From positions 62,930,001 to 62,994,000 of the forward strand of contig NC_088801.1 in the NCBI RefSeq assembly GCF_011386835.1: a stretch of DNA of 64,000 nucleotides, read 5' to 3'. Below the pieces are notes generated by a model, which did no database searches, was not told the origin of the DNA, and worked only from the letters and a program-made list of their open reading frames with translations. Position numbers and translations under genes: made by a program. Of the stretch, positions 62,149 through 64,000 are shown piece after piece; position 1 is the stretch's first letter; every line of letters starts with the position of its first letter. The stretch is from Chrysemys picta bellii (lineage: Eukaryota).

Positions 62149-63678
62149 TGTAAGCAGAGTCAGGATGAGCTCTACCCTGACATCTGGTGGTGAATTATGG
62201 CGAGTGTGGAAAAGAACTCCAGGGGCTGATCTGGTTTGCATAGGCACACCCACTCGCCTGGCATGAAACAACAGCAACTCAAAGTGGTTACTTTGGCTGG
62301 TGTGGGATCCCCAGTTTCTCTGTTATTGGGGCAGGAAGAATAAAGTTTTGTTACCCTGATTCTATGAATCAAGGCCAGTGGAACTGTTGTATGACAGAAG
62401 GACTGAGTGAGTCCTTCACCATTACCTAAGTAGCACTTGCTTGACAAGGGGCATGGGTTACAAAACCCAGTGAATGGAGAGAGGATGTGAACAGGTATTT
62501 ATAGCTGATGGTATGGGCCCTCTTTGAGGGTTTGAAACACCAATTGCACTACTTCCTCTCTCCACTGTTGAATGTCAGAGCTAACTTTGATTCCATTAGG
62601 AGTCTATTTACAGGCTGCTGAGCTGAATTCACTTTGGGCCAATGGTGCACTAGCACTGGGGCTCCCCTCCTATGAGCTGAAATTGCTAAGAGCTGAAATC
62701 ACAAAAGAGCTAAGGTTATTAAGAGCTGAGATCACTGAGACTGTGTTAACTAGTGGGGGAGCCTGAAGCTATATTGCTAAGCGGCTGGCGGAGCCGCTAG
62801 CAGAGTGGAGCCTCACGGGACGGTTGGAGCTGAGTGACTCACAGGTTGGTGAACAGGGTGGAGTGTCTGGAGAAGCAGCGAGCAGAGCGGAGCCTTGTCG
62901 GAGCGGCCCAAGGAACGGCTGAAGTGGAGCAGAGCTGAGCGGCTCACAGGTTGGTGAGCAGAGCGGAGCAGCTGCCAGAGCCGTTCGTGGACGGCGGGAG
63001 CGGCTCACGGGACAGCTGGTGGAGTGGAGTGGCTCGTGGAGAAGGCTGCGGCGGAACCCCACGGAGAGGCAGCCGGTCGGCCTCGGATCACGTAAGGTGC
63101 CCCTTAACACCCTGCGTGCCTCCCCCCCCCCCCCGGCTTGAACTCTGGGGCTGCACTGACCAGGGACAGAGACTTTGGGGGGTTGTTGGACTTTTGGGAC
63201 TTTGGTGATCCTTGGGTTGCTGGACCCAAGATACTTTGGGGGGGGGGGGGAGGTTGTTGGACTTTTTGGACTTTGGCGATCCTTGTGTTGCTGGACCCAA
63301 GAGACTTTGGGGTTGTTGGACTTTTGGGACTTTGGTGATTCTTGGGTTGCTGGTTTCAAGAACCAAAGGGAAAGGACACAGCCCTATTTGCTGGGGTGGG
63401 TTTTTTTTTTTTGCTCATGAAGCCTGTTTGTGGTGTTTTTCCAATTTAATGCTGATGTTGTTTATCTCATGTTATTAAACATTTTCTGTTACACTCAGAC
63501 TCCGTGCTTGCTAGAGGGGAAGTATTGCCTCTTAGAGGCGCCCAGGGGGTGGTATGTAATTGTCCCAGGTCACTGGGTGGGGGCTTGAGCCAGTTTTGCA
63601 TTGTGTTATTGAAACGGAACCCCTAGATATGGAACCCGGCCCTTGTTGCTGCCAACTTAGATGGGCAGAAGGGTTACA
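62149..63678 (+). repeat. 3' LTR (1530 bp)
   Basis: TGTAAG...GGTTACA followed by the TTAC TSD. Confidence 0.96.
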
Positions 63679-63682
63679 TTAC

Positions 63683-64000
63683 GTATCTGTGGTTGTTGTC
63701 CTCTCCATGGGCCGAGTCCTGGATGTTTCAGTTTCTTGCTCGGCCTCCTGCACTGCATTCTGGGTGAGGCCTGCACAGCCCTGGAGGTCCCCCTGTATTC
63801 CCTTGTGTGGCTGCCTAGCCCGGAGCCCTGTGTTTGGCATTGGGCACTTTGAGTTGGAAGTAGCTATGCAATGCTGGGGGAGGGCAGGGAAAGATGAGGA
63901 GCAGCATTTGGTTCAGAAGATGATACCGTAGCCTAAGAACACAGGACAAGCCTCGAGTTCCCCTTAGTACACTTACAACAGCACTCTGAGAGCACAATGG
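63683..64000 (-). other. 3' flank of a sixth gamma-crystallin unit; the gene itself lies beyond the window
   Basis: Ends cccttagtacacttacaacagcactctgagagcacaatgg, matching about 927..967, which lies about 50 nt from the stop codon of copy 1. Confidence 0.8.

Larger units (their letters stand above)
54965..63678 (+). mobile_element. Full-length Ty3/Gypsy LTR retrotransposon (8714 bp) with PNMA-like Gag
   Basis: Two TG...CA LTRs (54965..56483, 62149..63678); TTAC TSD (54961..54964, 63679..63682); PBS, PPT and a single gag-pol frame with domain order PR-RT-RH-IN. Confidence 0.97.

Overview
Vertebrate genomic DNA, most consistent with a turtle (inferred from the CR1, Harbinger, hAT-MITE and LTR repeat content). 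The window is a head-to-tail tandem array of gamma-crystallin genes on the minus strand. Five complete three-exon copies have stops at 1020, 13310, 20248, 32399 and 46915, and the 3' flank of a sixth copy runs off the right edge. All five encode near-identical 174-aa proteins whose N-terminal domain has no Trp and only two Tyr. Each proximal promoter has a SOX - MARE-like - TATA layout, and copy 2 has lost half of the MARE. The repeat unit also carries decayed TE fragments (L1, Gypsy-like integrase, and Vingi in some units) that were duplicated with the gene. Copy-specific insertions include a 3.2-kb CR1, a 4.2-kb autonomous-type PIF/Harbinger with related MITEs, solo LTRs, hAT-type MITEs and an 8.7-kb full-length Gypsy element with a PNMA-like Gag. 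All coordinates and comparisons were read by eye; no alignment or database search was run.
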